Origin: Malacoraja senta
Lineage: Eukaryota
DNA length: 64,000 nucleotides
Assembly: GCA_038087875.1 (NCBI GenBank)
Contig: CM075996.1
Span: 2,048,001-2,112,000, forward strand
Reading direction: 5' to 3'
Below, piece by piece: positions 36,627 through 45,895 of this stretch. The position numbers and the translations under genes were made by a program. Each line of letters begins with the position of its first letter. Within the stretch, counting starts at the first letter, position 1. A model generated the notes under the pieces. The model did no database searches and was not told where the DNA came from. It saw only the letters and a list, made by a program, of their open reading frames with translations.

Positions 36627-39600
36627 AGATACACTCATAACACAATACACACACGCACACACATGTATATATACACACACACGTGAGATACACTCATAAC
36701 ACAATACACACACGCACACACATGTATATATACACACACACGTGAGATACACTCATAACACAATACACACACGCACACACGTGAGATACTCATAACACAA
36801 CACACACAAGCACACACATGTATACACACACACACACACATGAGATACTCTCATAACACAACACACACACGCACACACATGTATATATACACACACACAC
36901 ACACATGAGATACACTCATAACACAACACACATGCACACACATGTATATATACACACACACGTGAGATACACTCATAACACAATACACACACGCACACAT
37001 GTGAGATACTCATAACACAACACACACAAGCACACACATGTATACACACACACACACACACACATGAGATACTCTCATAACACAACACACACACGCACAC
37101 ACATGTATATATACACACACACACACACGTGAGATACACTCATAACACAACACACACACGCACACACATGTATACACACACACACACGTGCGATACACTC
37201 ATAACACAATACACACACGCACACACATGTATACACACACACACACGTGAGATACTCATAACACAGCACACACATGTATACACACACACACACACACACA
37301 CACACGTGAGATACTCTCATAACACAACACACACTTGTGTCCACACACACGTACACACACATACATATGTACACACACACACACGTGAGATACCCTCATA
37401 ACACAATGCACACTTGTGTCCACACACACGCGCACACACACACACACGCACACGGACACACACTCGTATGCACGCACACAGACACAGGCAGGCACACAGA
37501 CGCACATGCACACGCACGCACACACACATTCAAGGAGTGAGTGGGTTAACCTACGATGATGGTTTGTTGGCACTGGGCCTGTACTCGCTGGAGTTTAGAA
37601 GAATGAGGGGGGGACCTCATTGAAGTGTACAGAACAGTGAAAGGCCCGGATAGAGTGGATGTGGAGAGGATGTTTCCACTAGTGTGAGAGTCTAGGACCA
37701 GAGGTCACAGCCTCAGAATTAAAGGATGTTCTTTTTTGGAAGGAGATGAGGAGGAATTTCTTTAGTCAGAGGGTGGTAAATCTGTGGAATTCATTGCCAC
37801 AGAAGGCTGTGGAGGCCACGTCAGTGGATATTTTTAAGGCAGAGATAGATAGATTCTTGATTAGTACGGGTGTCAGAGGTTATGGGGAGAAGGCAGGAGA
37901 ATGGGGTTAGGAGGGAGAGATAGATCAGCCATGATTGAATGGCAGAGTAGATTTGATGGGCCGAATGACCTAATTCTGATCCTATTACTTATGACCTTAT
38001 CACACACACGTACATTCATGCACAGACACGCACATACACCACGCACACATAGACATACAAACCCATACAGACATACATGCATACACTCATACATACATGT
38101 ACAGGCACACACGCACACAGACGCACACGCACAGACACACACACGCACGCACAATCCATGCCCCTGAACTTCCTACACTACAAAGTTTAAAAGTGCACAC
38201 CTAACCAACCATCTCCTATTATGCAAGCCCAGGTAACATCCAGGTGCATCTGTGCTGCACCATAAAGGCATATGGGCCAAACGCGGGTAAATGGGACTAG
38301 CTTTGCGGTGCTTTGTGGTGGGGGTAGGCAAGTTGGGCCGAAGGGCCTGTTTCCGCACTGTATCACTCTGGGCACTGGAGTGGTGGCAACACGGTGGTGG
38401 ACCATTCTGCAGCATCTAAGTTGGTGGTGACGTTGTCTCCTCAGAGCGTAACTCCCAGATCAACGTCATGAATGAGGAGCTGCTGCTGAGAATCGCTAAC
38501 GGACGCACCAGCCAACCCAAGGCCTTCCACGTACAGAAAACCCTGGACACCTCGGCTCCCCTGGACTACAACTCCTCTCCAAGCGACGTCGGCACCTGGC
38601 TGGAAGCCAAAGGCTTTAACCAAATGTAAGTAGCATCACTGGTTTAAAAAAATAAAAAATCAAAAAAAAATCTTCCTTCGGCCAAAAAGGTACAGAAGTG
38701 TGAAAACGCACACCTCTAGATTCAGGGACAGTTTCTTCCCAGCTGTTATCAGGCAACTGAATCATCCTCTCACACCCAGAGAGCAGTTCAAGTTCAAGTG
38801 AGTCTATTGTCATGTGTCCCTGATAGGACAATGAAATTCTTGCTTTGCTTCAGCACAACAGAACATAGTAGGCATTGACTACAAAACAGATCAGTGTGTC
38901 CATATACCATTATATAAATATATACACACATGAATAAATAAACTGATCAAGTGCAAATAACAGATAACGGGCTATTAAAGTTCAGAGTTTTGTCCGAGCC
39001 AGGTTTAACAGCCTGATGGCTGTGGGGAAGTAGCTATTCCTGAACCTGGTCGTTGCAGTCTTCAGGCTCCTGTACCTTCTACCTGAAGGTAGTAGGGAGA
39101 TGAGTGTGTGGCCAGGATGGTGTGGGTCCTTGATGATACTGCCAGCCATTTTGAGCAGTGCTGAACTACTATCTACCTCTTTGGTGACCCTCGGACTATC
39201 TTTAAGAAAGAACTGCAGATGCTGGAAAAATCGAAGGTAGACAAAAACGCTGGAGGAACTCAGCGGTTGAGGCTGAGTTTCTACGGATCGAAGGAAATAG
39301 GTGACGTTTCGGGTCGAGACCCTTCTTCAGTCCGAAGACTGAAGTGGAGGGGGAGTGGAGACTTTGCACAGACATTTCAGGAGGTTAATGGACAACTTTA
39401 CCCTCTTAAACCAACTTTAACCATGGCGGGCGGGTGGGCGGAACGGTGGCGCAGCGGGTAGAGTTGCTGCCTCACAGCGCCAGAGTCCCGGGTTCGATCC
39501 TGACTACGGGTGCTGTCTGTGCGGAGTTTGTACGTTCACCCCGCGAGGGTTTTCTCCGTGATCTTTGGTTCCCTCCCACGCTCCAAAGACGTGCAGGTTT

Positions 39601-40441
39601 GCAGGTTATTCGGCTTGTTGTTTGTGTAAATTGTCCCTAGTGTGTGTAGGGTAGTGTTGGTCGCTGGTCAGCGCGGACCCGGTGGGCCGAAGGGCCTGTT
39701 TCCGCGCTGTATCTCTAAACTAAACTAAACCTTCTCCCTCCCTCTCTGTCTGTCTGTCTCTCTCCCTCTCTCTCAGGACGGTGAACTCGCTTGGAATCCT
39801 GACTGGAGCTCAGCTGTTCTCACTGGAGAAGGAGGAGCTGAGATCAGTGAGTCCAGAGGAAGGAGCAAGGGTCTACAGCCAGGTGATGGTCCACAAGGCA
39901 TGGCTCGAGGTAACACCTCTCCCCACCCAACCCAACTCCTATATCATACATCTCCTGTATTTCCCCCTCCTTCCCAAACCTAGTCGTCCGATCAGTTCCG
40001 CTGTCCGCATCCTTTGTGTCCCTCGTGTTATCACGTCTTCCCCGGCCAACAATGGGCCATTGTGGGCTCCACCCTTCCTGAGGTCATCAGTTGTCGGCCC
40101 CAGTTTTTTTTCCTGGCCTTTCCATGTCAGGGGGAGGACGTGCAAACTCCGCAAGGTCAGCACCCAGGGGGGGGGTGTCTCCGGCGCCGCGAGGCGGCAA
40201 CTCTTCCCCGCTGCGCTACCGCTCCGCCCATTGTTCTCATTCTTCGAAGCCCCAATATGTTCGCCTCCCCCACTCTTAGCCGTCCTCGATCGATCGATCG
40301 AATCAACGGGCTTTTCCAATCCCGATCAATGACCTGGCGATAAATGTCTTGCAGGAAAATCGGAGCATAACGGAGTTGGAAGCTATCATGCAGAAGCAGA
40401 AGAAGAAAGTGGATTCTGATATAAAAATGTCCACGTTGTGA
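5299..40441 (+). CDS. EPS8L1: EPS8-like protein 1 (PTB, SH3, SAM/PNT-like effector region); 20 coding exons, ~706 aa after correcting one frameshift
   Basis: Exons join in consistent phases once the exon-7 indel is corrected. [39 protein letters not shown] and [30 protein letters not shown] resemble EPS8L1 more than EPS8, EPS8L2 or EPS8L3 (from recalled sequences). Confidence 0.88.
5388..5425 (+). CDS. EPS8L1: EPS8L1 exon ([12 protein letters not shown])
   Basis: tttgcag acceptor, G|gtgagt donor; KPSxxSIY motif. Confidence 0.85.
5470..5920 (-). mobile_element. CR1-type LINE 3' fragment
   Basis: Reverse complement encodes [17 protein letters not shown] and ends in a (TCTATGTT)-type tail. Confidence 0.85.
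6120..7090. repeat. Degenerate ~36-37-bp minisatellite (TGTGCTTTGCACACTTACAGGTTGG...)
   Basis: TGCACAC recurs about every 36-38 bp. Confidence 0.85.
7203..7570 (-). mobile_element. Penelope-like element 3' end (end of GIY-YIG ORF, 3' UTR, hammerhead-like terminal motif)
   Basis: Minus [29 protein letters not shown] is homologous to 63671-63892; terminal CTGAAGA..GAAACGTC motif at 7269-7296. Confidence 0.8.
8223..8953 (+). mobile_element. CR1/HER1-type LINE ORF2 C-terminus and 3' UTR
   Basis: ORF 8379-8882: [42 protein letters not shown] (typical CR1 RT C-terminus). Confidence 0.93.
9205..9560 (+). mobile_element. L2-clade LINE 3' end
   Basis: [39 protein letters not shown], followed by a (GACTT)n tail. 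Confidence 0.85.
10150..10340. mobile_element. Fold-back non-autonomous Penelope-derived element with hammerhead-like core
   Basis: Perfect 24-bp inverted arms 10188-10211 / 10240-10263 around the core; arms continue imperfectly outward. Confidence 0.75.
10490..10770 (-). mobile_element. HE1-type tRNA-derived V-SINE
   Basis: Reverse complement of the SINE at 21173-21476. Confidence 0.85.
10870..11725. repeat. C-rich 18-19-bp minisatellite (CCCTCTCTCCCTGCCCAC)n
   Basis: Direct inspection; homogeneous block at ~11290-11640. Confidence 0.96.
12284..12590 (+). mobile_element. HE1-type V-SINE, near full length
   Basis: A/B-box head (GGTGGAGCAGCGG..GGTTCCATCC), V-domain, CR1-like gggccgaagggcc tail. 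Confidence 0.88.
12910..13137 (+). mobile_element. Short LINE-tail element ending GCCATACGCGAGAAGAAG (Ingi/Vingi-like tail, tentative), interrupted at 13010-13096
   Basis: Uninterrupted reverse-strand copies at ~46520-46642 and ~48718-48855. Confidence 0.6.
13790..14252. mobile_element. PIF/Harbinger-like MITE with TTA target-site duplication
   Basis: TIR AG(T)GGCCTGTCCCACTTGGGC; inserted into the CR1 tail sequence cagaggTTA|tgggg, with TTA duplicated at 13787-89 and 14253-55. Confidence 0.85.
14502..14566 (+). CDS. EPS8L1: EPS8L1 exon ([22 protein letters not shown])
   Basis: ttttgcag acceptor, gtgagt donor, phase 1 to 0. Confidence 0.92.
14811..15136. mobile_element. Harbinger-like MITE (long TIR CCCTGTCCYACGGTRCGAGTTCATTCCAAGAGCTCTC)
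   Basis: ~45-bp TIRs and TAA flanks; inserted in an HE1 SINE; relatives at 34074-34345, 35693-35978 and 49251-49548. Confidence 0.8.
16104..16265 (+). CDS. EPS8L1: EPS8L1 exon, PTB domain (HLATF...[10 protein letters not shown]...DIESK)
   Basis: cag acceptor, AAG|gtaggt donor, 162 bp. Confidence 0.95.
16530..16915 (+). mobile_element. CR1-type LINE 3' end, young subfamily with (TATTGTC)n tail
   Basis: [35 protein letters not shown]; near-identical copies at 22310-22520, 27617-27985(-), 29925-30215(-), 47960-48182 and 61705-62195(-). Confidence 0.88.
16945..17094 (+). CDS. EPS8L1: EPS8L1 exon, PTB domain (EELENYPL...[13 protein letters not shown])
   Basis: ttag acceptor, gtgagt donor, 150 bp. 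Confidence 0.95.
18892..18971 (+). CDS. EPS8L1: EPS8L1 exon ([27 protein letters not shown])
   Basis: tgcag acceptor, AG|gtgagt donor. Confidence 0.92.
19025..19365 (+). mobile_element. Rex1/Babar-like LINE 3' end
   Basis: [28 protein letters not shown] end; other copies near 2190, 8085, 16375 and 38688. Confidence 0.65.
19989..20154 (+). CDS. EPS8L1: EPS8L1 exon, Pro-rich linker, with apparent 1-bp deletion
   Basis: ttcag acceptor and ACAG|gtaagc donor. Entry frame ([15 protein letters not shown]) stops at 20092-94; exit frame ([21 protein letters not shown]) matches the next exon's phase. Confidence 0.8.
20344..20664. mobile_element. CpG-rich DNA-transposon MITE (CAG...CTG ends; hAT- or P-like)
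   Basis: Imperfect TIR CAGGCACGGAAATC / GATTTCCGCCCCCCTG; CGTGAAG duplicated at 20337-20343 and 20665-20671. Confidence 0.65.
21173..21476 (+). mobile_element. HE1-type tRNA-derived V-SINE, full length
   Basis: GGCGCAGCGGTAGAG A-box, GGTTCGATCC B-box, V-domain (ggttttctccgggtgctctggtttc), tail shared with the CR1 LINE. Confidence 0.9.
21872..21933 (+). CDS. EPS8L1: EPS8L1 exon ([21 protein letters not shown])
   Basis: tgcag acceptor, gtgagt donor, phase 1 to 0. Confidence 0.85.
23873..24008 (+). CDS. EPS8L1: EPS8L1 exon ([24 protein letters not shown]...)
   Basis: Conserved EPS8-family ILN..FDDIE.F..RLQK.AEA motif; ccag acceptor, gtatgc donor. Confidence 0.96.
24524..24965 (+). repeat. Tandem array of a 78-bp unit derived from the CR1 3' terminus
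   Basis: Units start at 24586, 24664, 24742, 24820 (68 bp) and 24888, plus a partial leading unit. Confidence 0.92.
25626..25714 (+). CDS. EPS8L1: EPS8L1 exon ([30 protein letters not shown])
   Basis: Conserved LTLRA.PP motif; ttcag acceptor, gtaagc donor. Confidence 0.96.
25880..26565. mobile_element. Harbinger-like MITE with a nested Penelope-derived fold-back element (~26245-26430)
   Basis: TIR GGGCCTGTCCCACTTGCGTGTCCTTGGCA / TGCCAAGGACACGTAAGTGGGACAGGGGC, TWA flanks. Confidence 0.75.
26594..27102 (-). repeat. Tandem array of five ~100-bp HE1 SINE 3' ends
   Basis: agatacag..ggcc(c/a)ttcggcccacc..gcgatcacccc..ggacaattt repeats at about 26594, 26690, 26793, 26897 and 27004. Confidence 0.88.
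27268..27342 (+). CDS. EPS8L1: EPS8L1 exon ([25 protein letters not shown])
   Basis: (CT)n tract plus cag acceptor, gtaggt donor; [10 protein letters not shown] motif. Confidence 0.96.
28178..28323 (+). CDS. EPS8L1: EPS8L1 exon ([13 protein letters not shown]...[13 protein letters not shown])
   Basis: LW.SLG..W motif; acag acceptor, gtagga donor. Confidence 0.95.
28365..28800. repeat. 20-bp minisatellite (CCATCCAMCCACCCATCTCT)n
   Basis: Exact 20-bp periodicity. Confidence 0.97.
29588..29732 (+). CDS. EPS8L1: EPS8L1 exon ([20 protein letters not shown]...[17 protein letters not shown])
   Basis: PY.P.F.SGW-like motif; acag acceptor, gtaggc donor. Confidence 0.94.
31186..31812 (+). mobile_element. 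CR1-type LINE ORF2 3' part
   Basis: [35 protein letters not shown]; (TTTCTATG)n tail. Confidence 0.92.
32682..32722 (+). CDS. EPS8L1: EPS8L1 micro-exon ([14 protein letters not shown])
   Basis: ttgcag acceptor, GG|gtaagt donor; phases bridge the neighbouring exons; resembles QSAPQVAVNG. Confidence 0.85.
33796..33889 (+). CDS. EPS8L1: EPS8L1 exon, SH3 first half ([22 protein letters not shown])
   Basis: EPS8-type SH3 motif YDF.ARN..ELSV. Confidence 0.96.
34074..34345. mobile_element. Harbinger-like MITE, TTA TSD
   Basis: TIRs as in 14811-15136; TTA at 34071-73 and 34346-48. Confidence 0.8.
34471..34611 (+). CDS. EPS8L1: EPS8L1 exon, SH3 second half ([28 protein letters not shown]...)
   Basis: WWKV..G..GYIP.NIL motif; donor at 34612 (alternative at 34600). 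Confidence 0.94.
34640..35560 (+). mobile_element. Tx1/L1-clade LINE 3' fragment split by a CR1 insertion (~34915-35350)
   Basis: [26 protein letters not shown], Tx1-like C-terminus; similar reverse copy at ~25020-25260. Confidence 0.6.
36089..36200 (+). CDS. EPS8L1: EPS8L1 exon ([17 protein letters not shown]...[13 protein letters not shown])
   Basis: ttttacag acceptor, G|gtgagg donor; phase fits both neighbours. Confidence 0.85.
36535..37530. repeat. CA-rich ~55-65-bp minisatellite (CACGTGAGATACACTCATAACACAA...)
   Basis: Recurring GAGATAC(A)CTCATAACAC core within CA runs. Confidence 0.93.
38445..38625 (+). CDS. EPS8L1: EPS8L1 exon, effector region ([18 protein letters not shown]...WLEAKGFNQ)
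   Basis: NEEL and WLEAKGF motifs; tcag acceptor, gtaagt donor. Confidence 0.95.
39436..39730 (+). mobile_element. HE1-type V-SINE, full length
   Basis: A/B boxes, V-domain, (TAAAC)n tail. Confidence 0.9.
39777..39909 (+). CDS. EPS8L1: EPS8L1 exon, SAM/PNT-like ([44 protein letters not shown])
   Basis: Highly conserved [15 protein letters not shown] motif. Confidence 0.97.
40355..40441 (+). CDS. EPS8L1: EPS8L1 last coding exon ([28 protein letters not shown])
   Basis: tgcag acceptor, TGA at 40439-41. Confidence 0.94.
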   Translation, partial: ENRSITELEAIMQKQKKKVDSDIKMSTL

Positions 40442-40665
40442 GAATGACGAATGTATAATCCTTCCAGACACCATGATTCGGCATACGTATGTGCTATGTT
40501 AGTGCTGTAGGTCCCTCTGTTTGTCACCGAGAGATATTGTACATAGGATGTGGCGATGAATTTCAGTCCCATATTTATCGTCTTTGATCAGCAGAAGCCA
40601 CGTTGGGGGGGCAGGGGGGGAGGGGGGGTGGAATTGTACAGATTTCTGAGCGACTGCGCGATGCG

Positions 40666-40671
40666 AATAAA
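40666..40671 (+). terminator. Candidate poly(A) signal AATAAA for EPS8L1 (alternatives: ATTAAA 41226, AATAAA 42348)
   Basis: Hexamer downstream of the stop codon; which site is used is unknown. Confidence 0.3.
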
Positions 40672-41454
40672 AGATGGCCGCCTCTCCGTTGTCCAACGAC
40701 AAAGTTGACCACTGGCGGGCGTGAGGGAGATGGAGCCAGTCAGCAGTTTGTCAGAACAAGGAGGAACGGAGACAATACTTTTTTGGCCAAACATTCCTTT
40801 CGTGACGAGGCTCTGCTTTGAACGGTTCCGTCTTCGATGTCCTGCAACAAAGATGTCCAGACATACCCTTGGGCACATTGGCGTACGGTGGAGAGGAGAT
40901 GAGGAGGAGGCAGAGGTTTGAGCATTGATGGGCAAGAGGAAACCAAGAGAATAATTTATAGGTCTTTGTTTTTGATTGGGTTTGTAAATTCTATTTGCAA
41001 TTTTGTGTGTGTGTGTGTATATATATATATTTGCACTTGGCTGTATACACAAGCTCTGTAACTCGTATCTGAATGTGTAGGTTAGTGTTAATGTGCGGGG
41101 ATCGCCAGTCAGCACGGACTCGGTGGGCAGAAGGGCCTGTTTTCCGCGCCCTGTATTTAAACTACACTAAACTAACAAAAAGTAAACACAGTGGTGTGGG
41201 TTTCCGATGATCCATGGTGTAAACAATTAAAGTTTTTTTCAACGCCAGGGTAAGGGACCTTGCAAGGTTGTGGGAGGTGAGGGTTTGGCAAGACTAACAA
41301 AATCTGCCGCAGATTCTGAGACGGTTTCTTCCCAGATGTGATCGGGCAACTGGGTGGCAAGGTGGTGCAGCGGTAGAGTTGCTGCCTTACAGCACTTGCA
41401 TCACCAGAGACCTGGGTTCCATCCTGGCCACGGGCGAGGAATTGTAAATTGTCC

Positions 41455-41489
<35 letters not shown>

Positions 41490-42939
41490 GATAGTGTTAG
41501 TGTGCGGTGATCACTGGTCGGCGCGGACTCGGTGGGCCGAAGGGCCTGTTTCCGCGCTGTATCTCTAAAAACTAAGATTGTTGTCGGTTTATCCAGGTGC
41601 TGCTATTTCTGTTCTCACTTTAGAATGAGTTAAATGATCCTGGTTGCTATGGTGTCTTTGTGTAATGTCAGTAAGCGTTCAAATATGATCAGCCGTGATC
41701 ATATTGAATGGCGGTGCTGGCTCGAAGGGCCGAATGGCCTGCTCCTGCACCTATTTACGATGTTTCTATGAAAGTCTCCTGCCTTCCATTCCACGTTATT
41801 CAACCATAGATGGGCACAAGAGTGCTGGAGTAACTCAGCGGGACAGGCGGCAGCGTCTCTGGAGAGAAGGAATGGGTGACGTTTTGGGTCGCGACTCTTC
41901 TTCAGACTGAGAACTGGGAAGGGGGAGGGATGGAGAGAGAGGGTTGCTCCGGGCAGCCACGCTGGGGCAGCGGGTAGAGCCTGTACGGAGTTTTACGTTC
42001 TCCCTGTGACCTGCGTGGGTTTACTCCCGAAATCTTCGGTTTCCTCCCACACTCCAAAGACGTACAGGTTTGTAGGTTAATTGGCTTGGTGTGTGTGTGT
42101 GTAAATTGTCCCTAGTGTGTGTAGGATGGTGTTAGTGTGCGGGGATCGCTGGTCGGCGCGGACTCTGTGGGGCCGAAGGGCCCGTTTCCGCGCTGTATCT
42201 CTAAAACTAAACTGAACTCCAGCAGGCATAGTGTCGGAAGGAACAGCGCTATGCGGCTGTACACCAAAGATGGATATAAATACTCCAGCATTCTCTGTCT
42301 ATCCACCAGGCAGTGGGCAGGTCATTTAGTTACCTTCTCTGCTTGGAAATAAACAATTTTGTGGTAATGTATATAATTTGTGTAGTTATATCAAATGGAA
42401 TGCACATATTTATTCTCCGAGCTGCCAGGCTTCTGTGTGTTTCACAGGGGCTCTTCTGAGCGTTGAAGGAGGCCATTCTGGGTGGTCTAGGCTGGCCCAC
42501 TCAGTGCAGGCCTGCAGACAGCAGCTATGACAAAAATCAATAAAGAAAATGTCCTGAGGAAGGAAAAGCTGGTCTCTGTTGTTTTTTTAATAGCAAGAAT
42601 TAATAGTGTTTTACTGTGGTATGTACCAGATGGGAACAATGAAATTCTTACTTGCAGCAGCACAGCACATTGTGTAAACATAGTAGGCTGTAAACTGCAC
42701 ATACACACACACGCGTGTGCATGTACACATACAAACACACATACTGTCACACATATCCTCACACACATACCTACATAATATAATTACATAATAATGTTTC
42801 ATCAATAATGGTTTATTATTAATGTTTTATGTGTCACTCCTAACTGTCACTGTATGTCATGTTGTCACTTGTGGGCGGAGCACCAAGGCAAATTCCTTGT
42901 ATGTGATTACTTGGCCAATAAACTTATTCATTTATGTAC

Positions 42940-43145
42940 GCGCACGCACACACCTACACGCACACACCTACATGCACACACACTTACACACACACACACA
43001 CACAAACTTACACACAAATCTACACACACAAACGTACACACACACAAACGTACACACACACACACACAAACGTACACACACACACTTACACACACACACA
43101 CAAACTTACACTCACACACGCACAAATCTACACACACACACAAAC
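42940..43145. repeat. CA-rich microsatellite
   Basis: Direct inspection. Confidence 0.9.
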
Positions 43146-43194
43146 AATAATATTGCAAAAAGACAAACCCAATGCCCCCAGCTCCATGTAGTTG

Positions 43195-43625
43195 GGAGCT
43201 TATTTGGAGGTTGTCGTGTTTAATAGCCTGATGGCTGCAGGGAAGAAGCTGTTCCTCAACCTGGAGGTCACGGTTTTCAGGCTCCTGTACCTTTGTCCCG
43301 ATGGTAGCAGTGAGATGAGAGCGTGGCCAGGGTGGTGTGGGTCTCTGATGATGCTGGCTGCCTGTTTGAGGCAGCGACTCCTGTAGATCCCTTCGATGGT
43401 GGGGAGGTCAGTACCTGTGATGGACCGGGCAGTGTCCACCATTTCCCCCCCCCCCCAGTTTTCTCCGTTCCAGGGCGTTTGAGTTGCTGAACCAGGCCGT
43501 GATGCAACCAGTCAATGTGCTCTCTACTGTACACCTGTAGAGACTCAGGCGAGTCCTCTCTGACGTACAGAACCCCCACAATCTTCTCGGGAGCAGAGGC
43601 CTCGTTGGGCTTTCTTTATAATTGC
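43195..43625 (-). mobile_element. Rex1/Babar LINE RT C-terminus
   Basis: [66 protein letters not shown]. Confidence 0.85.
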
Positions 43626-43844
43626 CTCAACGTACCCATGCCAAGATAAGACAGGTATTAGAGCTAAAATGCTTCAGTCACCAGAGAAGCCTGGGTTGGA
43701 CAGACCAGTGAGCCTAACGTCGGTGTTAGGAGTTACTGGAGGGGGTCAAAGTGCTGGAGGAACTCAATGGGTCGGGCAGCATCTCTGGAGAACATGGGCA
43801 GACCATCTACTTATCCCAACCCGAAACATCACCACCCAGTGGTA

Positions 43845-44180
43845 TGAATATCGATTTCTCTACTTCAGGTAGCCCCGCATTCCCACTCTCTCCATCCCCT
43901 CCCCCACCCAAGTCGCACCAGCTTCTCGTTCTCACCCAGCAAACAGCTAACAACGGCCTGTTTCCTTTATCATCGTCACTTTTGTGCACATCTTTCATCC
44001 ATCGTTCTTTATCTCTCCACGCCACCGTCTAGATCTCTCGTCTCCCTTATCCCTAAGCATTCTGAAGAAGGGTCTTGGCCCCGAAACGTCAGCCGTTCCT
44101 TCTCCCCAGAGACGCTGCCTGTCCCGCTGAGTTACTCCAGCTTTTTGTGTCTGTCTTCGGTTTAAACCGGCGCCTGCACA
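43845..44180 (+). mobile_element. Penelope-like element 3' end with hammerhead-like motif (44062-44090)
   Basis: PSGMNIDFS end of the GIY-YIG ORF, UTR, then CTGAAGAAGGGTCTTGGCCCCGAAACGTC. Confidence 0.75.
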
Positions 44181-44992
44181 TTTAATCTGAAGAAGGGTCC
44201 ACATCCGTCCACCTGAACGTCCTTGGAGTGTGGAGGGAAACCGGGGACACCCGGAGAAAACCCACGCAGGTCACGGGGAGAAAGTAAAAAACTCCGTACA
44301 GACGGCACCCGTAGTCGGGATGGAACCCGGGTATCTGGCGCTGTGAGGCAGCAGCTCTACCCGCTGCACCACCATGCCGCACATTTGTGGGTCGTGCTAA
44401 AGAATTTCGCTACGCCGTGCGCATGAGACAGCAAGGAACAGTAGAAGAACGATACTCGGGGAAACACAGCGAGCTCTAAATGGTAAATCCGATTTATTCA
44501 AGGTTCTTCGTCGACTATGCACAACAATACACTTGATGAAATACATCACACGTATTTACATTTATGAGAGATTGAACAAGTTCAAAGGGGCAGGGACAGG
44601 GCTGAATGTAAAACCCAGGGAACAGAAAAAACCCATCCTTCACTCCCATGTTTCAGGGACAGCGTGTGGCTAATTGCAAAAGTCAGACTCTGGGCAACGT
44701 TAGAGGTTTAGTCCTGCACAACGTTGTTATTGGACTTGGTTCAACTCTCCAGGCACTCGCCACCCTCTGTGTAAAGAGACTTGCCCCCAAGCTTCTCATT
44801 TACCTTTTACCTCGAATCACAGAGCTATACAGTGTGGAAGAAGGCCCTTCGGCCCAACTTGCCCACGCTGACCAACATGCCCCATCCGCACTACCCTAAC
44901 TGACCAAGATACTCCAAATGCTGGCAGCTCGTTCCATACACCCACCGCCCTTTGTGTGTGAAAAAGTTACCCCTCGGGATTCCGATTAAATC

Positions 44993-45192
44993 NNNNNNNN
45001 NNNNNNNNNNNNNNNNNNNNNNNNNNNNNNNNNNNNNNNNNNNNNNNNNNNNNNNNNNNNNNNNNNNNNNNNNNNNNNNNNNNNNNNNNNNNNNNNNNNN
45101 NNNNNNNNNNNNNNNNNNNNNNNNNNNNNNNNNNNNNNNNNNNNNNNNNNNNNNNNNNNNNNNNNNNNNNNNNNNNNNNNNNNNNNNNNNNN
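44993..45192. other. Assembly gap (200 N)
   Basis: Run of N. Confidence 1.
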
Positions 45193-45509
45193 TGAATATG
45201 GAGGAGAGGTATGCAGATTTAGCAAGCAATGAGGGCATCTTTGTAGGCAGTGAGGTGGAGTTTGTAAGCTTCATGGTGGACTGTGAGAGGTGATTTCTTT
45301 ATGAGTCGATGGATTTTAGATTACGGAAGGTGATTTCTCGAGGAAGCGGGGGCGAGGTGTCGGAGAAGGGATGGTGAACCGTATAAGCTTATGATCAGAG
45401 AGGAGGAAGAGGCATGGATGGAGGTCGAGTACCGGTTGATTTGTGGAGCAGACCAGGTCAAGGATGTGACCTTTGTCATGAGTGGGAAAGGTGACGTGCT
45501 GAGTGACTG

Positions 45510-45895
45510 GGGAGAGAGAGAGAATGGGGGGGGGGGGGGGAGAAGGGAGCGAGAGAGGGGAGAGAGAGAATGGGGGAGAGAGAGAGAGAATGGGGGGGGG
45601 GAGGGAGAGAGAATGGGGAGGGAGAGAGAGAGAATGGGGAGAGAGAATGGGGAGAGAATGGGAAGAGAATGGGGGATGAGGGAGAGATATGGGGAAGAGA
45701 GAGGGGAGAGATAATGGAGAACGGGGAGAGAGGGGGGAGAGAATGGGGGAGAGGGAGAGGAGAGAGAGAAGAGAATGGGAAGAGAGAGGAGAGAGAGAAT
45801 GGGGGAAGAGAGAGAGGAGAGAGAGAATGGGGGAGAGGGAAAGAGAATGGGGAAGAGAGAGAGAGGGGGAGAGGAGAGAGAGAATGGGGAAGAGT
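45510..45895. repeat. GA-rich low-complexity repeat (GAGAGAGAATGGGG)n
   Basis: Direct inspection. Confidence 0.93.

Noticed and set aside
36535..37400. Functional MYC/USF E-box (CACGTG) cluster
   Set aside because: Easily produced at CA/TG junctions of the minisatellite; no independent support
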